A DNA stretch of 64,000 nucleotides from Bacillota bacterium (GCA_040753155.1 JBFMEU010000004.1:1056-65055); one strand, 5' to 3'; shown: positions 41,258 through 52,153, numbered from the stretch's first letter. Made by a program: numbers and translations. Notes: generated from the sequence alone by a model not told the origin.

Positions 41258-41486
41258 TTTAACACTTCCTTTCCCCGGGGATATTCTCTCCGGGTTTCAA
41301 ATAGTCCTCTTTCCAACCTGGAAAATTGCGTACATTTACGGCCGGCCCGGATCATAACGTGCCCCCTGCCGGTCTAAGGGCGTCTTTGGCAGATGCAAAA
41401 ATTGGGGCCCGGATTGCCTTAATTATCTACATACAATTTGCAGTTGGCAGGAAGAATATGCAGTAAGTATTGGCGAGCTTATCAAA

Positions 41487-42221
41487 ATGGAAGGGGGCAA
41501 AGCCCGTATGGGGCAAAGGGTACAAAACAGGTCAATTTATCTTGCCGTCGGGGTATTATTGCTTTTGGTTACGGCCCTGGTGCTATACTCCGAGGCCGAA
41601 GCGCAAAACCGCACTCTTTATTGGGGCTCCAGAGGCGCGGACGTAACACGGGTACAGCAAAGGTTATCCCAGTGGGGTTATTACCGGGGCTCTATTGACG
41701 GTATTTATGGCCAATTAACATTTAATGCCGTGCAGGCCTTCCAGCGAAAAAACGGCCTGCCGGTTACCGGTACGGTAGCGGAAAGAACATGGGCCGCCCT
41801 GGGCCTGGCTGCCGCGCCTGCCCGGCAACCGGCGGCTCCTGTAACCCGGGGCACGCCGGCCCGCCCGGTCAGTGACTCGGTCAACCTGCTGGCCCGGGTA
41901 ATTGAGGGGGAGGCGGCCGACGAGCCCTATATTGGCAAGGTAGCCGTGGGGGCGGTAATTATGAACCGGGTACGCAGCCCCGCCTTTCCCAAGACCCTCA
42001 GCGGAGTTATTTACCAGCCCCATGCTTTTGAGTCGGTGACCAACGGCCAGTATAACCGCCCGTTATCCCAGGACTCAATCCGGGCTGCCCAGGCGGCCCT
42101 GAACGGCTGGGACCCCAGTGGCGGCGCCCTGTTTTTTTGGAATCCGGCCAAGCCGGTCAGCCCCTGGATTTGGTCCAGGAACATTATTAACCGCATCGGG
42201 CGGCATGTATTTGGTTTATAA
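41487..42221 (+). CDS. sleB: spore cortex-lytic enzyme SleB
   Basis: A PG-binding domain (GSRGADVTRVQQRLSQWGYY) plus a Hydrolase_2 domain (VAVGAVIMNRV...). It is followed by ypeB. Confidence 0.85.
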   Translation: MEGGKARMGQRVQNRSIYLAVGVLLLLVTALVLYSEAEAQNRTLYWGSRGADVTRVQQRLSQWGYYRGSIDGIYGQLTFNAVQAFQRKNGLPVTGTVAERTWAALGLAAAPARQPAAPVTRGTPARPVSDSVNLLARVIEGEAADEPYIGKVAVGAVIMNRVRSPAFPKTLSGVIYQPHAFESVTNGQYNRPLSQDSIRAAQAALNGWDPSGGALFFWNPAKPVSPWIWSRNIINRIGRHVFGL

Positions 42222-42233
42222 GGGGGACGGACT

Positions 42234-43601
42234 ATGCGCTACAAAAGTTTCTTGCCTTGGGTTGTCGGCCTGCTGGCTGTAGCCTTGGTTGGCTACTGGG
42301 GCTATCAGCAGTATTCCGCCCGGGAGTCGATGCGGGTATATGTGGGCAATAGCTACCAAAGAGCGTTCTTTAACGTCATAGACCATGTAAGAAACATTGA
42401 GGCTATGCTGGCCAAGGGCCTGGTTGCGGCGGACCGGCAGCAGGATTTAGAGCTCTTTACAGATGTGTGGCGGCAATCAAATGCCGCCCTGGACAACTTG
42501 GCCCAGTTGCCGGTATCAGATGCGCAAATAAGCCGTACGGCCAAATTTCTGACCCAGGTGGGAGATTACTGCCATTCCCTGGTGCTAAAAACAGCTGAAG
42601 GTCAGACTATTGATGAGGAAAACTGGCAAACCTTGAACCGGCTTTACCGGCAGTCGTCAATTCTGCACCGGGAATTACTGGCAATTAATGATAACGTTAC
42701 CAATGGGCGGTTTGACTTTTACAAGCTGGCCGGGGAGGCCGGCCGTAAGCTCGGGCCCACCGGGCGCAACCTGGCAGACGCTAATTTTTCTACCATTACC
42801 AAGCAAATGCAGGATTACCCGAGCCTCATTTACGACGGTCCCTTTTCAGACCACCTGGAGCGGGTCAAACCAAGGGGCCTGAACAATGAGCAAATAAACC
42901 AGGCCCAGGCCAGGCAAAGGGCTGAGCGGTTTATTGAGAAGCGCCGGGGAACAACCTATACAGGCCGTGTAACAGGGGAAGTGGAGGGTGCCATTCCCGC
43001 CTACCGGGTTGAGGTAATACCTGAAAGGGGCGGTGAGCGCAGGGGCCCTGCGGCAAGTATGGACTTATCCCGGCAGGGGGGAGAAGTAATCTGGATGCTG
43101 CAGCCCCGAAACATCGGCGAGGCCAGATGGGAAACCGACCGGGCCAGAGAAAAGGCACAAAAGTTTCTGGCCGAGCGGGGCCACAAAAATATGGTAGCCA
43201 GATACTTTCAGCGGCTGGACAATGCGGTAACCTTTAATTTTGCCGCCAAAGAGGGCGATGTAATCCTGTACCCCGACTTAATCAAGGTGACCGTGGCCCT
43301 GGATAATGGCGAGGTGGTGGGCTACGATGCTAAAGGATATTTGATGGCCCACCATGACCGCAAACTGCCGGAGCCCAAGGTTTCCCGGGAGGAGGCGGCA
43401 GCCTTGATCACTCCCCGTCTGAGAGTAGAAGAGGGCCGCCTGGCGGTAATTCCCGACGGCGTGGATAAGGAAAAGCTGACCTGGGAATTCGAAGGGGACT
43501 TGGACAAAGAGACCTTTCTGGTTTACATTAATGCCCTGACCGGCCGGGAGGAAAACATACTGCGGCTGTACAAAACAGACCAGGGCACGCTGGCGATGTA
43601 A
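42234..43601 (+). CDS. ypeB: germination protein YpeB
   Basis: 455 aa with an N-terminal TM helix, C-terminal PepSY repeats, and the conserved sleB-ypeB pairing. Confidence 0.8.
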   Translation: MRYKSFLPWVVGLLAVALVGYWGYQQYSARESMRVYVGNSYQRAFFNVIDHVRNIEAMLAKGLVAADRQQDLELFTDVWRQSNAALDNLAQLPVSDAQISRTAKFLTQVGDYCHSLVLKTAEGQTIDEENWQTLNRLYRQSSILHRELLAINDNVTNGRFDFYKLAGEAGRKLGPTGRNLADANFSTITKQMQDYPSLIYDGPFSDHLERVKPRGLNNEQINQAQARQRAERFIEKRRGTTYTGRVTGEVEGAIPAYRVEVIPERGGERRGPAASMDLSRQGGEVIWMLQPRNIGEARWETDRAREKAQKFLAERGHKNMVARYFQRLDNAVTFNFAAKEGDVILYPDLIKVTVALDNGEVVGYDAKGYLMAHHDRKLPEPKVSREEAAALITPRLRVEEGRLAVIPDGVDKEKLTWEFEGDLDKETFLVYINALTGREENILRLYKTDQGTLAM

Positions 43602-43610
43602 GAGCTCAAT

Positions 43611-43787
43611 GTAACTACTCAGGAGTCAGGAGTCAGAAGTCAGGAGTCAGAATGAGAAAACCAGCAAAACATTTGAGATTTACTGATATGGCAGAAGGCG
43701 CACTTGTTCGTACTTGCGGTTTATCGTTTATCCATGGCGTTTCCGAAGTATGAGATATACGGTCCATTCTGACTCCTGAGTAGTTAC
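43611..43787 (+). mobile_element. family-B element copy B6 (both TIRs plus frameshifted gene 5' part)
   Basis: gtaactactcaggagtcaggagtcagaagtcaggagtcagaatgagaaaacc...attctgactcctgagtagttac. The flanking direct repeats are gagctcaat / gagttcaat (8 of 9). Confidence 0.85.
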
Positions 43788-43826
43788 GAGTTCAATTATT
43801 TCCAGTTCCCGCTGGCCGGTTTTCCG

Positions 43827-43855
43827 TTGACACTGCCGGCAACCCGTGCTATAAT
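43827..43855 (+). promoter_or_regulatory. consensus sigma-A promoter of the T-box leader
   Basis: TTGACA, 17 nt spacer, TATAAT. Confidence 0.75.
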
Positions 43856-43861
43856 TGGCGC

Positions 43862-44129
43862 TGAAGTCATTAAAGCACGGTTATGACGGGGAATAAGGGT
43901 TTAGGAGAATCTCTCAGCGAGCCGGGGTTGGTGCGAGCCTGGCAGAGGAATAAACCTGCCGCCACCCCTGAACTGCAGACCGAAACCCGCGGTAAACGCC
44001 GGGGGGATTAAGTCGGGCCGGCCGCCGCCGTTACCGGCTCCGAGAGGACTGTGCCTTGGCAGGTACAGTCAAGCAGGGTGGTACCGCGAGACATGGTCTC
44101 GTCCCTTAGGGGGCGGGACCTTTTATTTT
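43862..44129 (+). promoter_or_regulatory. T-box riboswitch leader
   Basis: Stem I elements (agcgagccggggttggtgcgagcc), the T-box sequence agcagGGTGGTACCGCG at 44071-44088, and terminator ggtctcgtccc/ggggcgggacc plus ttttatttt. I cannot assign the specifier codon confidently; the loop reads ggaauaaaccu. Confidence 0.8.
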
Positions 44130-44233
44130 GTAACTACTCAGGAGTCAGGAGTCAGGAGTCAGAATGAGAAAACCAGCGAAAACATTTGAAGATTTACTGG
44201 TATGGCAGAAGGCGCACCTGTTTGTATTTGCTG

Positions 44234-44358
44234 TTTATCTTCGCACAGCCTGTAAGACCCCGCCCTCGCATAAGGAAAGGGGACACACCTGCTGAAGCTT
44301 GGGTATTTCTCTGGGGACAGGAATGTCCCCAACGTATGGGTTAAAACCCCGCCTGAAC
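44234..44358 (-). repeat. family-C repeat nested in B8 (partly deleted)
   Basis: tttatcttcgcacagcctgtaagaccccgccctcgcataagg...gggttaaaaccccgcctgaac matches the reverse complement of 52086-52309, with an internal deletion between two ggaatgtccccaac repeats. Confidence 0.75.
44279..44330 (-). repeat. family-D hairpin module (split form)
   Basis: Reverse complement of ggggacattcctgtcccc...aggtgtgtcccc. Confidence 0.6.
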
Positions 44359-44422
44359 GTGACTCCTGACTCCTGAATTCTGAATACCTGAGTAGCTACA
44401 AGAAAGGAGTGATTACGGGATT

Positions 44423-44902
44423 ATGAAGGAAATACTTGAGCTGTTGGAATTCGATGCCAGGCTGACCGCCAATGAGATTGCCGTTATGCTGAACATGGAC
44501 CTGGCGGAAGTCCGGCGCTCCATCAAAGAATTGGAAGACAATAAAACCATTTTAAAGTACATTACCCTGGTGAACTGGGAAAAGGTCGGCGAAGAAAAGG
44601 TGAGCGCCTTTATCGAGGTGCGTACCACCCCCCAGCGGGATGTGGGGTTTGACGCCGTGGCCGAGCGAATCTACCGCTTTCCGGAGGTGCGCAGCGTCAG
44701 GTTGATGAGCGGGGTCTATGACCTGGCCGTGTTTATTGAAGGGCGGACGATGAAGGAAGTGTCCCACTTTGTATCCACCAAACTGGCCACCATTGAGGGT
44801 GTGGTCAGCACCACCACCCACTTTGTTTTAAAGACTTACAAGCAAGACGGCGTCATACTGGATGACGCAGAGGAAGATAGAAGGCTGGTGATATCGCCAT
44901 GA
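44423..44902 (+). CDS. Lrp/AsnC family transcriptional regulator
   Basis: 159 aa with an N-terminal HTH (LELLEFDARLTANEIAVMLNMDLAEVRRSIKELE) and a C-terminal RAM domain. Confidence 0.8.
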   Translation: MKEILELLEFDARLTANEIAVMLNMDLAEVRRSIKELEDNKTILKYITLVNWEKVGEEKVSAFIEVRTTPQRDVGFDAVAERIYRFPEVRSVRLMSGVYDLAVFIEGRTMKEVSHFVSTKLATIEGVVSTTTHFVLKTYKQDGVILDDAEEDRRLVISP

Positions 44903-46119
44903 CAACAAACTGGCAGGAAATGCTTAACCCCAGGGTGCGCAACATGCCCCCCTCGGGCATCAGGCGTTTTTTTGACCTGGTAACGGAAACCAAAGGGGTT
45001 ATTTCCCTGGGAGTTGGTGAGCCTGATTTTGTCACCCCCTGGCATATTCGGGAGGCCTGCATCTATTCCCTGGAAAAGGGCTTCACCATGTACACCTCCA
45101 ACCTGGGCCTGCTGGAGCTGAGGGAGGCCATAGCCCGGGATCTGGCGGGAAGTTACGGGGTAAAATACGACCCCCGGAGCCAGATTCTAATTACGGTGGG
45201 GGTTAGCGAGGCTTTGGACCTGGCCTTTCGGGCCCTGGTTTGCCCGGGTGACGAGGTGCTGATTCCGGAGCCCTCCTATGTTTCCTATGCGCCGGGTGTT
45301 ATCCTGGCCGGTGGGACGCCCGTAATGATGCCCACCACCATGGAGAATAATTTTCAACTGACTGCCCGGCAAGTGGAGGCAGCCATTACACCGGAGACCA
45401 AGGCCCTGTTATTGTGCTACCCCAACAATCCCACCGGCGCCGTTATGGGGCGGGAAGAACTGCTGAAAATTTCCGAGGTGGCCCGGGCCCGCAACCTGAT
45501 TGTGATTTCCGACGAGATCTACGATAAGTTGACCTATATTGGTGAGCATACCTGCCTGGCCGCTCTGCCGGAGATGCGGGAGCGGACGGTGCTGCTGAAC
45601 GGTTTTAGCAAGGCCTACGCCATGACCGGCTGGCGGGTGGGGTACGCTGCCGGCAATCCGGACTTTATTGAGGCCATGACCAAAATTCACCAGTATTCCA
45701 TGCTTTGTGCCCCCATCACCGCCCAGATGGCCGCCCTGGAGGCGCTGAAAAACGGCGCCGGCGGCATGCAGCGCATGGCGCAGCAGTACAACCGGCGCCG
45801 GCACCTGGTAATGCAGAGCTTCAAGGATATGGGCCTGCCCTGCTTTGAGCCCGGCGGCGCCTTTTACGCCTTTCCCCAGGTATCAATTACCGGCTTGAAA
45901 TCCGAGGCCTTTGCCGAGGAGCTTTTAAAAGAGGAGCAGGTGGCCGTTGTTCCCGGTAATGCCTTCGGCCCCTCGGGGGATGATTTTGTGCGCATTTCCT
46001 ATGCCGCCTCGGTGGACGATTTGGGTGAGGCCTTCCGGCGTATGGCCCGCTTTGTCCGCAGGCGCGGCGTCAAAGGCCGGGCCGGTTCTCATGTCATTCC
46101 CCTGGCTGCGGTAAAGTAA
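44899..46119 (+). CDS. class I/II PLP-dependent aminotransferase (aspartate/aromatic aminotransferase-like)
   Basis: 406 aa with NPTGAV and the SKAYAMTGWRVGY lysine motif. Its start overlaps the regulator stop. Confidence 0.85.
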   Translation: MTTNWQEMLNPRVRNMPPSGIRRFFDLVTETKGVISLGVGEPDFVTPWHIREACIYSLEKGFTMYTSNLGLLELREAIARDLAGSYGVKYDPRSQILITVGVSEALDLAFRALVCPGDEVLIPEPSYVSYAPGVILAGGTPVMMPTTMENNFQLTARQVEAAITPETKALLLCYPNNPTGAVMGREELLKISEVARARNLIVISDEIYDKLTYIGEHTCLAALPEMRERTVLLNGFSKAYAMTGWRVGYAAGNPDFIEAMTKIHQYSMLCAPITAQMAALEALKNGAGGMQRMAQQYNRRRHLVMQSFKDMGLPCFEPGGAFYAFPQVSITGLKSEAFAEELLKEEQVAVVPGNAFGPSGDDFVRISYAASVDDLGEAFRRMARFVRRRGVKGRAGSHVIPLAAVK

Positions 46120-46150
46120 CAGCTCAGGAAAACAGGTTGTAAACACAGGA

Positions 46151-46185
46151 GGCGGTTCTTACCTTGAGAGCCGCCTTTTTCCCGG
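46151..46185 (+). terminator. rho-independent terminator after the aminotransferase
   Basis: ggcggttct-tacctt-gagagccgcc followed by ttttt. Confidence 0.65.
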
Positions 46186-46190
46186 GTTGG

Positions 46191-46254
46191 TGAGTCAATG
46201 GGGACGGTTCCTGGTGACTCAGTTGAGTCACCAGGAACCGTCCCCATTGACTCA
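46191..46254. repeat. perfect 31 bp inverted repeat with a 2 nt spacer (64 bp palindrome)
   Basis: tgagtcaatggggacggttcctggtgactca-gt-tgagtcaccaggaaccgtccccattgactca. The core ggggacggttcc resembles the D-module core ggggacattcc. Confidence 0.9.
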
Positions 46255-46314
46255 AGGGGGTTTTTCAGAAATCTAGAAGGATTTTGTCAGATGACAGAGA
46301 ATTATATGTCTTTG

Positions 46315-46421
46315 ATCACTGAACTAATCCGCCCTAAGACCCCCGCCTCTGTAGGCGGCGGGTTTCAAAGGGCGGTTAAGTCCAGTATGGACTCGGCTAA
46401 CATAACACCGGTTTCGTTGAA
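46315..46421 (+). repeat. family-A repeat, copy A5 (third hairpin replaced or deleted)
   Basis: It matches A through ...ggactcggctaacat, then reads aacaccg-gtttcgttgaa. It is preceded by ttgat. Confidence 0.8.
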
Positions 46422-46549
46422 TGCAGGCGCCCGGGTTTTTTGGAGGTATAAGAGCCGGGGTTTAAAGGTTTTTCCGCCCTGGTTATTTTTATGTTCCTGG
46501 CGCCGCCCCGGGGTGTGCCGTCACCTAAGAGCAAGGAAGTGGAAAGCTT

Positions 46550-47848
46550 ATGATCTGGAATCAACAGCAAGAATGCATGAGCAGGGAGGAACTGCGCTCC
46601 CTGCAACTGGACCGGCTGAAGGAAACAGTAAGCCGGGTATACCACCGGGTTCCTTACTACCGGGAGCAATTGGACAGCCTGGGCCTGCGCCCGGCGGATA
46701 TTAACAGGCTGGAGGATGTACGGCTGCTCCCCTTTACAACTAAAACAGCATTGCGGGACAACTATCCCTACGGGCTATTTGCCGTGCCGATGAAAGAAAT
46801 CGTCCGGCTGCATGCCTCCTCGGGCACCACCGGCAAACCTACCGTGGTGGGCTATTCCCGCCGGGATCTCGGCACCTGGTCCGAACTGGTGGCCCGGGTG
46901 GTTACTGCCGCCGGGGTCGGGGACGGAGATGTGGCCCAGGTTTGTTTTGGCTACGGCCTGTTCACCGGCGCCTTTGGCCTGCACTACGGCCTGGAGCGGG
47001 TGGGCGCAGCCATTGTGCCCTCCTCGGTGGGCAACACGGAAAAGCAAATTATGCTCATGCAGGACTTTGGCGCCACTGTCCTGGTGGGCACCCCCACCTA
47101 TACGCTGCATATGGGCGAGGTGGCCAGGAACATGGGGGTGCGGCCGGGAGACCTTAAGCTGAGGGTGGGCCTGTTCGGCGCTGAGGTCTGGACCGAGAAT
47201 ATGAGGTCTGAGCTGGAGCAGCTGTGGGGCATCAAGGCCACCGACAACTACGGGCTCAGCGAGATCATGGGCCCCGGTGTGGCCGGCGAGTGCACAGCGT
47301 CCCCGGGCCTGCACATCAGTGAAGATCACTTCCTGGTGGAAATTATCGATCCCGATACCGGGGAATCCCGGGGCCCCGGTGAGGAAGGGGAGCTGGTGAT
47401 TACCACCCTGACCAAGGAGGCCCTGCCCATTATCCGCTACCGCACCCGGGACATCACCGTGCTGAATGAAGAGCCCTGCCCCTGCGGGCGCACCCACGCC
47501 CGGATGCGCAAGGTGCGCGGCCGCACCGACGATATGCTGATTATTTCCGGGGTTAATGTGTTCCCCTCCCAGATTGAAAGTGTGCTTATGGAAATCAGGG
47601 GGGTATCACCCCATTACCTGATTATCCTGGGCAAGAAGGGCTACCTGGATTATCTGGAAGTGCAGGTGGAGCTGACCGACGAGGCCTTTACCGGTAACTT
47701 CCGGGACCTGGAGGCTCTGGAGGCCCGGATCCGGGGCCGCCTGCAGAGCGTCCTCAGCATCAGCCCCAGGGTGCGCCTGATGGAGCCCCACTCCCTGGAG
47801 CGCAGCATGGGCAAAGCGGTGCGGGTAATCGACAACCGTCATAATTAG
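46550..47848 (+). CDS. phenylacetate--CoA ligase family (PaaK/F390 synthetase-like adenylate-forming enzyme)
   Basis: 432 aa. The [17 protein letters not shown]-binding motif and overall length are typical of PaaK. Confidence 0.8.
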   Translation: MIWNQQQECMSREELRSLQLDRLKETVSRVYHRVPYYREQLDSLGLRPADINRLEDVRLLPFTTKTALRDNYPYGLFAVPMKEIVRLHASSGTTGKPTVVGYSRRDLGTWSELVARVVTAAGVGDGDVAQVCFGYGLFTGAFGLHYGLERVGAAIVPSSVGNTEKQIMLMQDFGATVLVGTPTYTLHMGEVARNMGVRPGDLKLRVGLFGAEVWTENMRSELEQLWGIKATDNYGLSEIMGPGVAGECTASPGLHISEDHFLVEIIDPDTGESRGPGEEGELVITTLTKEALPIIRYRTRDITVLNEEPCPCGRTHARMRKVRGRTDDMLIISGVNVFPSQIESVLMEIRGVSPHYLIILGKKGYLDYLEVQVELTDEAFTGNFRDLEALEARIRGRLQSVLSISPRVRLMEPHSLERSMGKAVRVIDNRHN

Positions 47849-47850
47849 AT

Positions 47851-47869
47851 GTCGGGCGTCGGAAAACCA
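47851..47869 (+). repeat. B'-type (GC-rich heptamer) end fragment
   Basis: gtcgggcgtcggaaaacca parallels B gagtcagaatgagaaaacca and the 50087-50110 array. It starts 3 nt after the paaK-like stop. Confidence 0.4.
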
Positions 47870-47923
47870 CCGTGCCGGTTCCTTTTAAGCCATAAGTTAG
47901 TCGAGTTGTTAGAGGAGTACTGG

Positions 47924-47951
47924 GCAGACAAGGGGACGTCCCCTTGTCTGC
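47924..47951. repeat. perfect 28 nt palindrome
   Basis: gcagacaaggggac|gtccccttgtctgc; the core is ggggacgtcccc. Confidence 0.85.
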
Positions 47952-47984
47952 CCCTGTCTGTGGTCCAGCCTGCCGGGAAACCTG

Positions 47985-48115
47985 TTGAACGAGACTTCAT
48001 TCAGAGGGGGATTCAACCCCCTCTGAATGTTAGCCGAGTCCATACTGGACTTAACCGCCCTTTGAAACCCGCCGCCTACAGAGGCGGGGGTCTTAGGGCG
48101 GATTAGTTCAGTGAT
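47985..48115 (-). repeat. family-A repeat, copy A6 (inverted orientation)
   Basis: Full-length reverse complement (ttgaacgagacttcattcagaggggg...ggattagttcagtgat), preceded in element orientation by ttaat. Confidence 0.9.
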
Positions 48116-48173
48116 TAACAAGGATTGCTTTTAAAACTTTTCAGTATCTGCCTGCCGGGTTATAATAATGTAA

Positions 48174-49904
48174 ATGTGGAAAGGGCTGATTCATTTGCAC
48201 AAGGAAGTTTTGGTGACGGCAACCGGTATAGTTGAGCAATACAGAACCCGGCTGGCAGAGTGTCTGGCCGCCGCCCTGGAGCGGGCTGGGCGGGAGGGCG
48301 GTTTGCCGGAGGTGGATCTGCCCCGGTTTGTGATTGATGCGCCCAGGGAGTCGGACCATGGTGATTTTGCCACCAACCTGGCCATGATGCTGGCCCGGCC
48401 CGCCAAAATGGCGCCGCAAAAAATTGCCGGGGCCCTCGTAAATAACCTGGACTTGAAAGGAACCCGGGTGGAGCGGGTGGAAATTGCCGGCCCCGGGTTT
48501 ATAAATTTTTATTTGGAACCTGGCTGGGCACTGGAGGCCCTGCCCCAAATCGAGCGGGAGGACGAAAACTACGGCCGGATCAGCCTGGGTAAGGGTAAAA
48601 AGGCGCAGGTGGAGTTTGTCAGCGCCAACCCCACCGGCCTGCTGCACATGGGCAATGCCCGGGGCGCAGCCCTGGGAGACAGCCTGGCGTCCATTTTAGA
48701 CTATGCCGGGTATGAGGTGGAGCGGGAGTTTTACATAAATGACGCGGGTAATCAAATAGAACACTTCGGCCGCTCCCTGGAGGCGCGGTATCTCCAGTTG
48801 CTGGGGCAAGAGGCGGAGGTTCCCGGGGAGGGCTATCACGGGGAGGATATCCTGGACACGGTCAAGGGGTTTGCCGCCCTGCACGGGGACAAGTACCTGG
48901 GGGCGAACGGGGAAGAGCGCCGCGGGGCGCTGGTTGAGTTTGCCCTGGCGGAGAAACTTGGCGCCATAAAAAAAGCCCTGACCGATTTCAACGTTCATTA
49001 TGATGTCTGGTTTTCGGAGCAGTCCCTCCATGACAGCGGCCAGGTGCGGCGGGCCCTGGACATGCTCCAGGAGCGGGGCTGCCTATACAGTCACGAGGAT
49101 GCCCTGTGGTTCAAGGCCACGGACTTTGGAGTGGAAAAGGATGAGGTGGTTGTCCGGAACAATGGGATACCCACCTATTTTGCCGCCGATATTGCCTACC
49201 ACTTGAATAAATTTGAGCGGGGCTTCCAGTGGGTGATCAACATCTGGGGGGCCGATCATCACGGTCATGTGCCCCGGATGAAGGCGGTGGTGGAGGCCCT
49301 GGGCTACGATCCGGAGAGCCTGCGCATAATTATCATGCAGCTGGTTCGCTTGTTCCGGGGCGGTGAGGTGGTGCGGATGTCCAAACGCACAGGGCAGTTC
49401 ATAACCCTGGAGGAGCTGGTGGAGGAAGTTGGCCGGGATGCGGCCCGCTATTTCTTTGTTATGCGCAGCTCCGACAGCCACCTGGAATTTGACCTGGACC
49501 TGGCCAAGAGCCATTCCAATGATAATCCGGTTTACTATGTCCAGTATGCCCACGCCAGGATCTGCAGCATCTTAAGGCAGCTGGCCGGGCAAGGCCGTCC
49601 CATGCCCCGGGCCGCCGAAGTAAACCTGGGTGTGCTGAGCAATGAGGCGGAGCTGGCCCTGGCCCGGCGCCTGGCCGATTTTCCTGAGGAAATCGGTGCT
49701 GCCGCAACACAACTGGCCCCGCACCGGATCGCCCGCTATATTCACGAAGTGGCCGGGCTGCTGCACAGTTTTTATAACAGTCACCGGGTGATTACCGATG
49801 ACCTGGCTGTCAGCAGCGCCCGGCTGGTTTTGGTGAACGCCGCCAGGGTGGTTTTGCGCAACGCTCTGAACATACTGGGGCTTTCAGCCCCGGAAAGAAT
49901 GTAA
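48174..49904 (+). CDS. argS: arginine--tRNA ligase
   Basis: SANPTGLLHMGNARG (HIGH-type) and the MSKRTG motif. The true start may lie a few codons downstream of 48174. Confidence 0.9.
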   Translation: MWKGLIHLHKEVLVTATGIVEQYRTRLAECLAAALERAGREGGLPEVDLPRFVIDAPRESDHGDFATNLAMMLARPAKMAPQKIAGALVNNLDLKGTRVERVEIAGPGFINFYLEPGWALEALPQIEREDENYGRISLGKGKKAQVEFVSANPTGLLHMGNARGAALGDSLASILDYAGYEVEREFYINDAGNQIEHFGRSLEARYLQLLGQEAEVPGEGYHGEDILDTVKGFAALHGDKYLGANGEERRGALVEFALAEKLGAIKKALTDFNVHYDVWFSEQSLHDSGQVRRALDMLQERGCLYSHEDALWFKATDFGVEKDEVVVRNNGIPTYFAADIAYHLNKFERGFQWVINIWGADHHGHVPRMKAVVEALGYDPESLRIIIMQLVRLFRGGEVVRMSKRTGQFITLEELVEEVGRDAARYFFVMRSSDSHLEFDLDLAKSHSNDNPVYYVQYAHARICSILRQLAGQGRPMPRAAEVNLGVLSNEAELALARRLADFPEEIGAAATQLAPHRIARYIHEVAGLLHSFYNSHRVITDDLAVSSARLVLVNAARVVLRNALNILGLSAPERM

Positions 49905-49920
49905 TGGGGGGTGCGTCTTC

Positions 49921-50085
49921 GTGCGTGAAATAATTCTTGCTGTTCTCACCGGGTTTGTGGTGGGCATGATTTTTGCCAAGCTCAAGCTGCCGATTCCGGC
50001 GCCCCCCACCCTGGCCGGGGTGCTGGGCATTGTAGGCCTTTTCCTGGGGTACCTGGTGGGCACGAGATTGGGTTGGGGACAGTAA
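49921..50085 (+). CDS. XapX-domain (DUF1427) small membrane protein; not in the ORF track
   Basis: GTG start, 54 aa: VREIILAVLTGFVVGMIFAKLKLPIPAPPTLAGVLGIVGLFLGYLVGTRLGWGQ. The KLPIPAPP motif is as recalled for the XapX domain. Confidence 0.55.
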   Translation: MREIILAVLTGFVVGMIFAKLKLPIPAPPTLAGVLGIVGLFLGYLVGTRLGWGQ

Positions 50086-50086
50086 T

Positions 50087-50325
50087 GGGCGTCGGACTTC
50101 GGGCGTCAGAAAAAGCAAGGCACAGATACATATTGACACAGTTCGCTATACGGAGATAGAATATTGAAGTGATTGACAGAGAAGCCACCCGATATTTGTC
50201 AGAATAAGCAAGTTCTTTTATTTCTATGCAGACAGCATCATTGACCCCATGGGTGGTTTTTGAAGGTACAGGCTTTGGTTTAAAGGGTCTTGGGACTTCC
50301 GACGTCTGACGCCCGACTTCTGACG
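50087..50325. repeat. B'-type inverted heptamer arrays bracketing the pyrG upstream region
   Basis: Left gggcgtcggacttcgggcgtcaga (50087-50110) and right gggacttccgacgtctgacgcccgacttctgacg (50292-50325) are imperfect inverted repeats with 7 nt periodicity. TTGACA-N17/18-TAGAAT lies between them. Confidence 0.6.
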
Positions 50326-50335
50326 ACCAAAATAG

Positions 50336-51952
<1,617 letters not shown>

Positions 51953-52122
51953 ACCGACCACACTTTACTTCAGCTTTGGTATGGCCAAAGCTTTTGTTAC
52001 TATTCAGGTATTCAGAATTCAGGAGTCAGGATTCAGAATGGACCGTAGATCTCATACTTCGGAAACGCCATAGATAAACGATAAAGAAGACTTGGTTCAG
52101 GTGGGGTTTTAACCCATACGTT

Positions 52123-52153
52123 GGGGACATTCCTCCGAAGGAGGTGTGTCCCC
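52123..52153 (+). repeat. family-D hairpin module
   Basis: ggggacattcctcc-gaa-ggaggtgtgtcccc replaces catctg in the basal C hairpin loop. Confidence 0.7.

Larger units (their letters stand above)
44130..44399 (+). mobile_element. family-B element copy B8 (composite carrying nested C/D; deletion derivative of the B9-type composite)
   Basis: The left TIR starts immediately after the T-box terminator U-tract, and the right TIR ends ...cctgagtagctac 23 nt before the asnC-like start. No flanking direct repeat is visible. Confidence 0.8.

Noticed and set aside
46198-46704. A 168 aa ORF spanning the 64 bp palindrome and repeat A5. Related cases are ORFs 11110-11397 and 47909-48121, and the N-terminal extensions starting at 11283 and 17692.
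   Set aside because: Their sequences are translations of the family-A repeat (ITELIRPKTPASVGGGFQRAVKSSMDSANIQRGLNPPLNEVSFN) fused to unrelated DNA. The same peptide appears in both orientations and contexts, and the downstream genes have better RBS-supported starts.
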